A stretch of 64,000 nt of DNA, from positions 54,218,022 through 54,282,021 of the forward strand of contig JASCQW010000099.1 in the NCBI GenBank assembly GCA_030264375.1. The letters are read 5' to 3'. How positions within the stretch are numbered: position 1 is the stretch's first letter; the number at the start of each line of letters is the position of its first letter. A program made the translations under genes and the position numbers. Positions 1 to 12,339 of the stretch are shown here, in pieces. This DNA is from Carcharhinus longimanus (Eukaryota). The notes beneath the pieces were generated by a model. That model did no database searches, was not told where the DNA came from, and was given only the letters and a program-made list of their open reading frames with translations.

Positions 1-249
1 CCAGGAATATAATTAGAACTGCTCCAACTCCACCATCATAGATAATGCCAGAAGACCAATGGTAATTCCCTTTATGCAGGAAAATTATTTGTGACAATAT
101 TTTGATGCCAAATTAAGGGTAACTGAATGGATATTCTAGACCATTCACCATGCAATTAATAGTGCTTTAGTTGGTGGGCTTTAAGTGACCATTTAGTGAC
201 TTGAGGTCAACTAATTCATTTTATTTTAATTTTCTCCTCATCCCTCTTC

Positions 250-585
250 TGTAATCTCCATTCCTACAATTCTCAAAGAACTCTGCACTCCACCAATTCT
301 GGCTTCTGATATCTCTTTGATTTCCTTCATCCTATCATCAATGGCCTGTCTTTAGTTGTCTGGGCCCTAAACTATGGAATGTCCCCCAAACTTCTACTTC
401 TCTCTCTCCTTCTTTAAGATACTCTTCCAAACCTAATTCTTTGAGATGGTTTTTGGTCACTTGTTCTAATTTCTGCTCTATGTGACTCCTTTGGTATCAT
501 ACTTGTTTGATAATGCTCCTGTGAAGCAGCTTTGAATGCTTTACAATGCCAACAATGACATATAAATACAAGTTGTTATTATTGG
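250..585 (+). mobile_element. L2-clade LINE 3' end fragment
   Basis: Decayed ORF2 C-terminus (ctgggccctaaactatggaat, tctttaagatactcttccaaaccta) and L2-type tail cctgtgaagcagctttg...atataaatacaagttgttattattg. Confidence 0.6.
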
Positions 586-877
586 TGAAGGCATCAACTC
601 CTGCAGGAGTATAGTTTTCATGGCTTCAGCTGCCTTTTGGTATCTCATCCCAGTGACCATTCTCCATGAGCAAGCCAAGATAGTAAATGTCAAACAGGCT
701 GATCTACCATGGGAACCACCAGCACTGACCTCAATCCTGTCATTTTGCATGTGCATGCACTTCCCTCTGGGATCCTGGGCCTTTAACCCTGTCGGGATTG
801 GTATAACATCAGGTACCACCTTTACCCCAACTCATTCTTCTTTGTCTCGTCAGAATGGGCACATGCTATTTTGTGGA

Positions 878-1030
878 TAAGAAATAAAGCTGCTGGAACT
901 ATCACAGCAGGTTTGTTAGAATCCAGAAAAGAAAATAAGTCATTAAATTTGATCCAAAATTTTAGCTGCTCCTTTCTCTTTCAGATGATGCCAAAACAGC
1001 TGCATAATTTTAGTATTTTCAGCTTCTAAT
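878..1030. repeat. Short foldback repeat, Penelope-like (PLE) terminal-derived, degenerate
   Basis: aaagctgctggaactatcacagcagg... pairs loosely with ...tctctttcagatgatgccaaaacagctgcataattttagtattttc. Same family as 13982-14165. Confidence 0.4.
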
Positions 1031-1886
1031 CCAAAGCTTTTTGAAATGATCTGTTTCTTTGGTGTAAACATAAATGATAAAGATATATACTTAGTGGTTA
1101 ACATATATCTGTTGTGATTATCATCCAAGCTGTTTAACATAGGTGAAGTGGCTGTGATGGAGCTCAATGATAAGGCGTATGTAGTATGCAAATCAAAATG
1201 ACAGATATGCTTACTCTGCTCTTTAGCGTGGGTAAAAAATATTCTGTAAACCACAGATCAATGCCTCCCTCACTCTGAAGTGTTGCAAAAACTAGCAGCA
1301 TTTGTGCCAATTTACCTACCTCTATGTATAGGTCCTCAGTGAGAGGCTGTGTCCTGGTCTCTATAGTCTGGTCCATAAACTCAAATAAAAAATTCAGAAA
1401 ATGGATTGAAAATCTCCCAAACTTAGAAGTGAACTTAAGGTGAAACTTACTGAACAATTTGTGTGTTCTTGAGGTTATTTAGACATGCATGCATCTTGAA
1501 GCCGCTTCTGCTCCCCATTCCCAAAAATCCAGCAGATACTCACAGTCACAAGCACACATTAAAATGTTTCTTCCCCAAGATCAGATGGATTCTTACTCAT
1601 GACAAATACATGACTCCAACCACCGCCCCCCTGCAACCATCCCCCCCTCCCCGCCTCCGCAGACTACAAGGAATCAGATCCACAATGAAAGCAAAATCCT
1701 CTCTCCACAAATGAGAAATTGGACAAATATGTAATCTCTCTTCACTACACATAGAAACTTACATTTTGAAATATCAAAATTAAAACTTTATCCTTGGCAC
1801 TGGTTTCTGCCAGAAATGGCAGTCACTTGCCAGAATTGCCTTGGAATGGGAAAAGTTAGGGAGTACGAGTGATGCAAAATACTAAC

Positions 1887-2150
1887 GGGTGGCGCTGTGG
1901 TTAGTACTGCTGCCTCACAGTGCCAGGGACCTGGGTTCCATTCCTGGCTTGGATCACTGTCTGTGAGAAAATGCACATTCTGCTGTCTCTGTGTGGGTTT
2001 CTTCCAAGTGCTCTGGTTTCCTCCCACAGTCCAAAAGACCTACTGGTTACGTGCATTGAGCTCGCTGATCTCAGTGTACCTGAACCGATGCTGGAATGTG
2101 GTGACGAGGAGATTTTCGCATAACTTCACTGTTGCGTTAATGTAAACCTA
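1887..2150 (+). mobile_element. V-domain tRNA-SINE, tail type B
   Basis: tRNA-like head (gtggttagtactgctgcctcacag...gggttccattcc), V-domain (gggtttcttccaagtgctctggtttcctcccacagtccaaaagac), tail ...gattttcgcataacttcactgttgcgttaatgtaa. Confidence 0.9.
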
Positions 2151-2689
2151 ACACTTAAGCTAACATTGAATTTGTCCTACGATGCATCTGGTCTAAAGGA
2201 CAGACCTTCTAAAGGCAACATGGCTGAATTACGTATAAAGTGAGGAATCTGTGAATTATATTGAAGTCATTCAAATTAAGTAATTTTAAGTTCACAATTT
2301 CTATTGAGTTCTGCGATGTCAGGAATTATACACTGCTGCATTGCAGAGCCTGTGCTGCTCCTGGCACCTGCTCTCATCTGAATCAAATGTGCTTGCAAGC
2401 TAGATGGCATTCAAGGTAGTTATAGTGCACAACAGTTTACTCAGGTTTTAGAATTCAAGAAAATTGTTATTTACAATGAATGTGCAAGTGATCATTAGTT
2501 TTGTACATTTCCACAATGGATACTTATCTTCATATTTTATTTCCAGCTCTCTTAAACTAACTGAGCCCTGTAGCAATGACTTGCACAATATCCTCTGCTT
2601 AAATTCCTTAAATTCAACACAATGCTGAATAGATACTCCTGCTTAGCATCAGTGCAACATAGATGATACCTAGAACTCAGAAATCTTGG

Positions 2690-2855
2690 AAATTGAGTGT
2701 GCCTCCCTAAATTGGTCTGCTTCCTGACCTCTCTCCTCCTTAAAAATGGTCCTTAAAACCCGCCTCTGATATTGCTTTATGAAACTTGGTGTCAAATTTT
2801 GTTTAACACTCATGTGAAGCTCCTTGGGATTTTTTTCTGATATTAAATGCACTAT
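2690..2855 (+). mobile_element. L2-clade LINE 3' end fragment
   Basis: tcctccttaaaaatggtccttaaaacccgcctctgat...catgtgaagctccttgggattttt, homologous to 250-585. Confidence 0.55.
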
Positions 2856-2903
2856 GGCATTTGACAGTGCGGTGGCATTGTCACTAGACAAGTAATCCAA
2901 AGA

Positions 2904-3120
2904 ATCCCTACAGTGCAAAAAGAGGCCATTCGGCTCATTGAGTCTGAATCAACTTTCCAAAACAGCATCCCACTCAGGCTCTCCCCTCTGCCCTCTCCCC
3001 ATAATGTTGCACATCTTTGGACTGTGTGAGAAAACCAGAACATCTGGGAAAAACGCACACACACGGGAAGAATGTGCAAACTCCACAAACCTGGCCTCTT
3101 AGTGCTGCGAGGCAGCAGTG
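2904..3120 (-). mobile_element. HE1-like V-SINE, tail type A (internally deleted)
   Basis: Reverse complement of V-domain and CR1-type tail (atccctacagtgcaaaaagaggccattcggc). Confidence 0.85.
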
Positions 3121-3432
3121 TCATAGAATCCCTACAGTGCACAGGGAGGCCATTTGACCCATCAATTATGTGCCAACCACAATCCCACCTAGGCTCTATT
3201 CCTGTAATCCTACACATTTACCCTGCTAATCCCCCTGAGTCAAGGGTCAATTTAGCATGGCCAATCAACCTAATCCACAGATTTTTGGACTGTGAGAAGA
3301 AACCAGAGCAAGCACAAACCCATGGAGACATGGGGAGAATGTGCAAACCGCACACAGACAGTCGCCCAAGGCTGGAATTGAACCTGGGCCCCTGGTATTG
3401 TGAGGCAGCATTGCTAACCACTGTGTCACCCA
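3121..3432 (-). mobile_element. HE1-like V-SINE, tail type A, full length
   Basis: catagaatccctacagtgc...ggactgtgagaagaaacc...gaattgaacctggg...ctaaccactgtgtcaccc. Confidence 0.92.
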
Positions 3433-4384
3433 GGCAGTCCATTGCAATCCAAAGACCAGGGCAAGTTCTAGGGACCTGGGTTCAAATTCCACTGTCGCAC
3501 ATTGTAGAATTTGAATTCAACAAAAAATCTGGAACTAAAATCTCAGGATGGCCATGAAGCCATTATCAACTATTGTAAAAATCCACCTGGTTCACTAATG
3601 TCTTTTAGGGAAGGAAATCTGCTGTCCTGACCTGGTCTGGCCTACATGTGACCCCAGACCAACAACAAGGTGATTGACTTACAAGTGCCCTCTGAAATTG
3701 AAGGCAGACCCCCAGTCAGTGACATCTACATCCCATAAGTGAATACAAAAAATAACTACATGCTGTTGCTGTTAACTGAACTTTTTCTCTCAAAGATGGT
3801 TCACCACTATCCTCTGCAAGGCTTCTGTCCCAGATACTTACGCTAACATTCAACACTAAATACTATTTCACTTTCAGTTGTGCAATTTCTTCTGCAGGAT
3901 CCTGCTGTTTATCACTATCCTCTGAGTTATCCAACAAATATATGTGTTGAAAACTAAGAATAAAATTACTGACAAAAACTAATAGACCATAATATGGAAC
4001 AGCAAATTTGAAATTTGTTTTGAGAAGATAACACAGCTTGGGGTTTGTGCTTGCAGATTATAAAACGTCCAAACCTAAGAATGTGTTAATGCCTCATAAC
4101 ACACTCCAATCTACATGCATAATATAGAAACCTCCCTGATTATCACAAATTCTGGGTTTTTTTTCATTTGAAGACACAATGATGTAATTTGATAAGTTGT
4201 TCACCGTGCAACTTCATAAATGTGCCATAAGAGAAAAAATTGTAATACTTTACATACAAAAACACATTACAACGTAGAACACAAGATTGTGAAGCAAAAA
4301 TTGAGCTTTCTGGGTTAATACAAATAAAATGGGGGAGCAAATTGGCTCAGCCGTAGTGTGGAATTATCTTATGAATGTACTTTG

Positions 4385-4845
4385 GAAGCATTTATTAAAT
4401 GGCTAAACATAGTAAATAGAATGCAGTGAGAGAATCTTGTGTTATTCTCCTTGGAGCAGAGGAATTTTAAGACGTTTATGGAGGTATTCAAAATCAGAAA
4501 TGGATATGATAAGAGTATATAAAGAGAAATTATGTCCAGAAGGGTTGGTAGCCAGGGCACATATATTTAAGGTGGTTGCCTTTAAGGTTTTTACCGAAAG
4601 AGCCAGAGATGACATGAGAAAACAGTTTTCTTGACATGGCAAGTTATTGTGCTCTGGAATGCACTGTTTGAAAAGGTTGTGAAACAACAGTAACTTTTAA
4701 AAATAGAATTGGATAAATAATTGAAGATAAAAATCATTTCCAGCGCTATGGCGAAGGGTTGGAGTTGGTGAGGTCCACTAAAAAGCTTACAGAGACATCA
4801 TGGGCCAAATGGCCTCCTCCAGAGTTGTATCATTCTATGATTTGC
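4385..4845 (+). mobile_element. CR1 LINE 3' end
   Basis: Degenerate LFSLEQR...EVFKI...RGH-type ORF2 C-terminus; 3' tail tgggccaaatggcctcctcc...cattctatgatt. Confidence 0.8.
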
Positions 4846-4863
4846 ATAAACTTTATAATGTAC

Positions 4864-5016
4864 AGATCAAGTCCAAGAACAGATGCACTGCCTTTTCTTA
4901 TCAGCTTGGATTTTGTATGTTTCTCTTGTGGCAGCATGAATTGGATTCAATTTGAATTTGACTTTTTTTTGGAGCAAGAAGGGAGATGGGTTAAACGCTT
5001 GCTTATCCTGTCCACT
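4864..5016 (+). pseudogene. U2 snRNA-derived repeat or pseudogene (diverged)
   Basis: Colinear U2-like blocks agatcaagt, ttcttatcag, tttttggagca, gggagatgg, gcttgct, gtccact, compared with vertebrate U2 from memory. Confidence 0.6.
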
Positions 5017-6234
5017 GATGTCCGTAACTTTAAGAAATGACTTTTTTAAAAAAATAAGTAGTGAATAATTACTCTCAAAAGTACATTCAAAGTCCTTTTC
5101 AGAGCAGGCTGTTTGTACCTGCTCCCGAAATAATGTAGCCAAAATCTCCGTGTTAATAGTTTTTTTTAAGTAGCTTTTGGAGGCACTGAACCACATGAGC
5201 TTAACATTCCAAACCAAAATATTTACATGCAACAAATAAAAGCTCGTCCGCCTACGTAGGTAAATATGCCCTAATATATTAGTGTAATGCTTGTGTTAAG
5301 TGCTATTTTTAAATGGCAAATTAGAAATATCGAAAGCGGTGAACACGTGCCTGTGTGTGTTTCTGTTCCATGCAGCCTAGCTTCCCTGCTCACTGCAGTC
5401 TATCAATCAGGGTGAGATAATGCGTAGTGGCTGCACCTATGACAGGTTATGATTGAGTGCTGTGCCCGAGCCCTCTCTATACATGTGGCTCTGTGCTTTT
5501 GTCTTGCTTTGGGCCACTTTTGAGGGGTGGGGGGTGGTTTGCATTCGGCGAGATCATTTGTATAAATGCAGGTACTTATTTTAGCCACTACGCTATCAAT
5601 ACCAACTAGCAACAGTTAAAACCCTGATGGGGTGTGTTACCCGAGTCCAAATGTGGACTTGGTCAGAGTTCAACAATACACTGTGTGGCCGCCTGTTATT
5701 TGGTGTGTCTACAACATCCACTTCTAAGTAAAACAAAACTACATTCTTCCAGCGATTTAATTAATAAACGAATTTCCTTTGTGGGTTCTTTTTTAATCTC
5801 GTCCAATGCTCTGACCACACAAACGAGTAGGAAAATAATCTCTGCAGAATTCTAACGCTGAATATTAAAAAGCGGCAGAGCGAAATGTATCGAAGTTCCA
5901 TCCAAATAAAGTGAGAGGCTGAACCGATGAGTGTGTTTTGATTTCCAGCCGCGTTCCTCGGAAGGGGTTAACTGGCTTCCCATCAAGATTTCGTTTGATC
6001 TCGGGTGACATTTTCAATCCGAGCCGTCACCCAATTGATGATTCCGGAAAGTTTCTTTCCCGGAAATGTTTGAGGCATCGTGTGTGCCGAGAACGGTTGA
6101 AACAAGATTTGTGCGTATGTGAGAGTGAGAGAGAGAGAGGCGCAGGGACTACAGCGTAAAATGTTAAAAGATATATTTATTTTTAAAAAAAACACCCCAA
6201 GGACCCTGTCACCTACAGGTGTAGGATATACATT

Positions 6235-6420
6235 GCGAAAGGGCTGTTGGTCAGATTAAAGCAAAGGTCAAGATTCCTTCCCCATAATCTAACTAATTGA
6301 TGTTGATTTGTTGATCTGCTGTGACATGAACCATCAGGTAATTGCAGGCGTGTCAATTTCCTCTGTCAGTCGCCACAACATAAAAATATTGTGGGGGGAA
6401 TTAACGCGGGGTTAATTACT
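6235..6420. promoter_or_regulatory. Putative conserved non-coding element (enhancer)
   Basis: Unique sequence with nuclear-receptor half-site caaaggtca, TAAT cores and a Meis-type ctgtca. Conservation not tested. Confidence 0.4.
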
Positions 6421-6974
6421 GAAAAAAACAAAACGTGCAAATAATTAAAATCGTGCCTGGTTTAAAAAAGAGGTAGAAAAATACAACACAGTCTCAACAC
6501 GAGATAACCGGTTACTATGTGTCCCCGTTGATAAGGAGAGGAATATTATTATAGTCAGCTGGTCAAATTGTGCAAACTGTAATTTACAAAGCAGTTCCTC
6601 TGCTGACACCCCCCCCCCCTCACTTTATTAAAAAAAAAGCACCGTGTACGTGTCTGCACTGGAATTATTTTAACAAATGATGAATGGGCAAGGCGGAATT
6701 ACCATTTCCCAGTTAAATGTTTCAGCAAATCGCTGATGGTTTGTCTCCCCCCTTTAGGGAAGCTATAAAAAGGAACAATAATGGCTGATAGTTGGCTATA
6801 AGTTTTCCACAATCACCGGCGGTTTCGAAACTGGCCGTCTTTAAAAAGGAACATCTGGGGAATGTGCCATATGTTAAAGCTTTGTCTTGTCCTTCAAAGT
6901 TAGGCTGCCCTTGNNNNNNNNNNNNNNNNNNNNNNNNNNNNNNNNNNNNNNNNNNNNNNNNNNNNNNNNNNNNN

Positions 6975-7250
6975 TGAGAACGCGTGCATTGTGGCTGCCT
7001 CTGCAACCAGCCACTGAACTGATTAGGGTGTAATTAAAGCCTTAAAGCTTTCAGATGATCCACCTGGTTATTTGCTAAGTCACCAGCTAATCAGCCAAAT
7101 GAGCTGTTCCAGTGTGCACATCGGGCCAAGAGCTATACTGATTAATGAAGTTTATTGGGAGCTGTTAACGGCATTAACTGGAGAAAATCTATGTAATTCG
7201 TCATATTTAGTGAGGGAAATTAAATCTCTGCATGCAAATGAGAACTGGCA
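6975..7250. promoter_or_regulatory. Putative conserved non-coding element (enhancer)
   Basis: TGATTAAT (Pbx-Hox type) at 7139, octamer ATGCAAAT at 7232, multiple TAAT/ATTA cores. Conservation not tested. Confidence 0.45.
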
Positions 7251-10049
7251 ACACACACACACACAATCTTTTGGAGGTTAAGAAACTGCAAGTGTGCAAC
7301 TGCACCCAGAGAATTCTGTTATTCCTTCACTAGTGTGCGGGCACATATATACTTCTCAGTTCTATAAATAAATGTATAGAACGCATGTTGGACAACAGCT
7401 ATTCGTGGGGTAGGCTGCAGGTGAAGTGGGCTCTTGCACGGATAGAATCAAAACGGCACAAGTCTGTTTTATTTTTCCATCCCATTCCTTTGGTTAATTT
7501 TAAGACGAATGTAAACATTTTAAAATGACGTGAATTGGTTCTGCCCACGAACAAAGACGCGCGGGGAAAAGGGCTCTTTGGAGGAAAAAGAACAGTTTTT
7601 GTTTCATTGAGACTGATAAAATGTTGGGTAAAACAGCGAAGCCTCGTTGCTGCTAGCATTTGATTTCTTCTCCCCTGCATTCCAGGCTACAATGCATATT
7701 TTTTTTTGCAGGGCAGTAAAATTAATTCAGCCCTTTACTCTCCAACAGTGCAGTTATCTCAGCAACATTGAAATTCGCACCAACCCCACGTGCTAAACAT
7801 CGTACAAACAGTTCCACACAAGGGAAGGCGATTATGTAAATAGACAACGTCCTAAAGTTCGGTAAGGTTAGCACCGAGCTTCAGCCACGAGTTTTGAGTT
7901 CCTTTTTAAAACACTTTCTGCCTGTGACAACCTTCTTGTAAATCATCTCCACGCACGTGTAAAACCAAATGAACTGGGCCACTTTCATTGCCTACTGATC
8001 AGGCGAAGATGTGACAAAAACTTGAAGCTCCCAAAACAATGTGCTCATTCGTACTCTGAAAGTATTCAGATGTCTGGAGCATGGGTGCAATTTTGAACAG
8101 CCACGTAGCGGGGAAGCGATGCGTTTATTAGAGCATTTGAGAAAAGATATACATGGTTCACAAATGTATTATGAAAAGGTAAAACCTGCGCAAAATTTAA
8201 AATAACGTGCTTTCAAGTGAAAGTTTAATAAGTGAATTGTAGTGAAAGGATCTTAATTGATGGAAATAAATCATGACAGAAAGACAGCCCTCCTTAGGAT
8301 GTACCCTTTCAAGTGCACACATCAAAATAGTGCTGCAGGTTGGCAGAATGTATATTTCCAAAATTATAGAAAAGGAATTGTACATACAAAACTAAATAAT
8401 CATACTTAACTCACATCAGCCTCAGTAACCCTGAATGGATCATTTTTGAAACCGTATTAAAAGGGGACAAATTTGAAAGGACGCCTACACAAAATCTTTA
8501 GAATTTTGAAACTGCAAATATTCTATTTCTGTTTTAAAAATAAACTTACACTTTCCTATTAAAAACAATTATAAGTTCAACTCTCTCTTACTGAAAATAT
8601 CACTTTTGGTTTGGTTGCTTGCTGGTTTTGTATTTATACAGTATACAAAACGTAAGGGCATTCACCAATCTAACATCAAATGGCATGTTATAGCCTCAAG
8701 GAGGTGCTGTACACTGGCTGCAGTTTGACTGATTTAAGTCAGAGAAGTTTGTTTATAAGTCCTGTTTGAATCCCCTTTCTTATTATATACTGTTAATGCC
8801 ACTGAAGGAACTAACAGTTCAGGCATCCCATCTGGAACAGTGCACGAGGTATAAGTGGAAACACTCCCCCAGCCCACCCCTCCATCCCACCACACCCCCT
8901 CGCCTCCCCAGAGAACTACTGTACCAGGAGAAAACTGCAAAATATGAAGGGGTCAGGATACTGGAGGTCAACTATTAGGACACAGAAACTGGTCATACAG
9001 GAGTAAAACTTGCATGAACTGAATCCAATTATACCCCTGATGTAAAGGCAGTGAGTGTTCAAGACTTGAGTACAAGAAGTCTGTCAGGACACTACAGTAC
9101 ATTGCTTTCTAGCAGATTTGTCAATATTAATGAAGAGGAAGTAAATAGGACCTGCTGAATGGAAGAGAGAACTGTTAATTTTTTATTGTTCTGTTTTCAG
9201 TAAAAGGCCAACAATGTTTATTATGCATTTCAGTTTAATATCTCTTGGAGGAATAACCTTTTGGAACATAATTATGACAATTGCCTTTGGAACACTGGGG
9301 AAGGAGCAGGAGCAGCACTGCCACCTCTTCCCGTTGTCTACATTTACAATGATACATATATTTCTGAGTATTCTCAGGACTGTACTCCTGAGTGGCCCTG
9401 TAACTATTTTGCGAGCTGCAGTGGAGGCTATGAGCTATATCTGACATGCCAGGGGCTGTTGCAACTAACAAACAACTGCAGTCAATTAATTAAACAACAA
9501 CTTTCGTTAGTCTTTGCAGAAAGTATTTTGCAAGTACTCTGCTCCATATATTGTGCCAGAAGTCTACGGTGCTAACAATGAATGTTTTCACTTTCAGGAG
9601 AAGTGGCATAATTATCTTACCAGCATGTATTTTGGAGTCTTGCAGATGATCATGATTTGAAGCAATATTGCACAGCAACTTGAATATGCCATGTTGGTTA
9701 GTTCTAAATTTCAGGTGTACCATTTGATCTGATATACAATGACAGAAGGACTATGCCCCTCACATTTAGACAGGAGAGTACGACTGGATTCTGTATGCAT
9801 CGTAGAAATGCATGCATCAGATGAAATGGCACTGGGTCCTGTCTGCAAGTAAATTATTGGGCTTTGCTACTTTTAAAAATCAACTCGCACTCTCCTTTAA
9901 AAGAATATTGCCTTGTTAGTCATACCTCCTGATGTCTTTAAGATCTGGAAATGCAGCTGTTGCAGAAAAGGAAAGAGGAAACATGTTTATCTTTTTTTCA
10001 GTTCTATTACTTTGTACCTCACAGAGTGACACGAACGTTTCATTTTTTT

Positions 10050-10370
10050 AAGTAGGAGAGTAAAGCAATGAAGGTAAGTGAAAAGATGTGTCCATTTTAA
10101 ATATAACAGCAAAATCATTTTAAAGGACGCTATAGTGTTTATAGCCCAAGGTCCTGGTTTTGCGAGGTCATTAAAGAAGACAGAGAATCCAATAAATGCT
10201 GCAATTATTGCCCTAACAAACTGGTGCAAGTTATAATTCAAGTTTAATGAAAAATTAAAATGCTATAATCTTAAAATGTAAAAGATTTGGTGTAACTCTT
10301 GCTATAACATGCCTTATTAATTTTCAGGGCCTTTTAATCGAGCTCAGGGTGGAAAATAAAATTTAAAAAA
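10050..10370. promoter_or_regulatory. Putative conserved non-coding element
   Basis: AT-rich unique block dense in homeodomain-type motifs (ccaataaa, gcaattattgc, ttattaatt, gaggtcattaa). Confidence 0.4.
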
Positions 10371-11149
10371 CAGATTATTATTGGTTTAAAGGACATGTCC
10401 TATTCAAGGTTGGGCTTTAGGCTGCATTTCCAGGGGCTTATTATATTGTCACTTTTTATAACTACTCCACAATGCTTAGTGAGACTACCAGATATAAAAA
10501 TAAAACCGATTTCTTACCCACCGCTGTCAACTCTTGTCACTGAATACAGTCATCTATCTACAGTACCATCATTGGTGGCTGCAGAAAATGCACGCTAAAG
10601 TCAGAGATGCCATTAGAAGGGTATATTATATGGTTTTACTGTTAATGAAGAAGTCATATACATTATGTATAATATTAATAGTCATTGTATTTCAGACAGT
10701 GGTAGCAGGAAGAACTGTTGTATTTCTCTAGAGGTAGAGATTTGACAGGCGACAGTGTTCCTATTCATTACATGTATTTACAAATCTAATTTCAGAATTA
10801 TTCCAATTTACCACTTGAAAAATGACAACGTGTAGCCATAAAAATCCTACGCCAAATTAAATTTTACAGGTTTGGACAATGTAAGCAAGCAAGCACATGA
10901 AAAAGTTGTTCAACTCAGCTAACTCATTCAGCCACTTCTGGTCCTGACAGGTCACTGTTACATGCCTTCTGCATTTCCCTGCTTGCAGCTGGGCAAGGAA
11001 CTTGTTCATTTTCTTTGTAAATGTTTCAACATTCGCTCTTTAAGGTAGTAATCTGTTCCACAAATAAACAATTCTACATGATTGTGCTTTTTTTTTGTCC
11101 AGTACTGGTTCACAGAAAGGACTATTGCCTCAACTTTATTTGGTCCCTA

Positions 11150-12130
11150 CATCATTAAAAAATGTTGCATTAAATATCATCCAATGTCAACATGTCAAAT
11201 ACCATCTTAAATGGATGAAAGTTTATTTTATTCCTCTTTGTCACAAATTTATTTAGACCTAGCACTTTGTTGCACCACTTTAAAACCTTATCAATGTCCT
11301 TTTGGAAATACAATGTCCGGAACTGGGCTCAGTTAACTCATGTGTTATTCAATCAATACTTCATAGTGCTAATGAAACTGCCTTGAATTTGTATTCTATG
11401 ATTTTCCATAATGTTCTATCTGCGTTAACAATTATTCAAGTCACTAGAATAAATTTTCCACATTTAGCTAATTTGCTAACTTAAATGTGTTTCCTGCTTC
11501 ACTTAATTATCAACCTTTTATTTTGCAATTATGCTGCTATTTCTAAGTATTGAACTACATTACTTTATATTTCACAATATTAATGCCATTTTTAGTTTGA
11601 CTGCCCATTTTCATATCTTTCCAGATTGTTTTGAGTGAAATCAGTCATCGGGTATATACCCTTACTCTCCTCCACAACCTGTAACCTGCAAAGAAAGAAG
11701 ATTTAATTACGTTAGTCAATATCATTAATATATTTTAAGGCAAGGGTCCCTGAACTGATCTTTAAAAAATTCCAGTGGTCGCAGTTACCGAGTTGAAATG
11801 GTTAAACTGATTGCTAAAACTATTAGCAATTTATCTAGCCTGTTAATGTAAGTTACAATTTCATCTACATATCCAATAATACCTCAGTTTAAATAAAAGT
11901 ATGCCAAGGCAGATGATATTGAGTGCTTTCTTAAAATTAATTCATTCATTAACTCAGGGATATGCTCTTCAATCATGACTTAGCTTTCATAACCCATGTT
12001 GGCTCTGAATTACTGCCTGAATTTTGCTTTGCATCATAGATGAAGAGTTGTCAGATCGTGATCAACACATTTTGCAATATTTTTCACAGCACCCCTTATT
12101 TTCAATTTAAACTGGCTGCAAAGCCTTTGG
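11150..12130 (-). mobile_element. Old CR1 LINE RT-region fragments
   Basis: Reverse-strand CR1 hallmarks: tgcacca, tgtccagaactg-like, atcattaatatatattt...aagggtccctgaactgatc, aacccatgttggct (SQHG motif). Confidence 0.55.
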
Positions 12131-12339
12131 AACAATATTCCCTCTAAGCTGTGTGGAAACACTCAAAAGTTCCCATGGGGGCCATGCACAAGCCAGCACC
12201 CTTTAAGTTACCACATTTGTATGGCCGCACAAAAAAAAATGAAGAGGTTCACGTACCAAAGTGAATCAGCCACAATCGACAAAAAAAATTAAGAAGGTGG
12301 GTTGCTTCAGAACATTCTTTAAGCCGTTCAGAAAATCTT

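Larger units (their letters stand above)
2856..3750 (+). mobile_element. tRNA-derived SINE family C, split by two nested HE1-like SINEs
   Basis: Head 2856-2903 resumes at 3446. B-box-like gggttcaaattcc; core ggttcactaatgtcttttagggaaggaaatctgc...ggtctggcctacatgtgac; 10-bp duplication aatccaaaga at 2894 and 3446. Confidence 0.8.
5240..8150. promoter_or_regulatory. CpG-retaining, repeat-poor putative regulatory region
   Basis: Visibly more CpG than the flanks (gctcgtccgcctacgt, ccgcgttcctcgg, ccgagccgtc, aacgcggg, gacgcgcggg) and no recognisable SINE or LINE. Confidence 0.5.

Noticed and set aside
1887-1960. tRNA genes (A-box/B-box-like heads here and in other copies)
   Set aside because: Each continues directly into a SINE body and tail, so these are tRNA-derived SINE heads, not tRNA genes.
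9200-9575. Possible exon or 104-aa ORF after the acceptor-like ttctgttttcag
   Set aside because: No recognisable domain, no convincing donor site, and the start codon is not ATG.
12133-12320. hAT-like terminus caatattccctctaagctg
   Set aside because: No clear matching inverted end or 8-bp TSD found.
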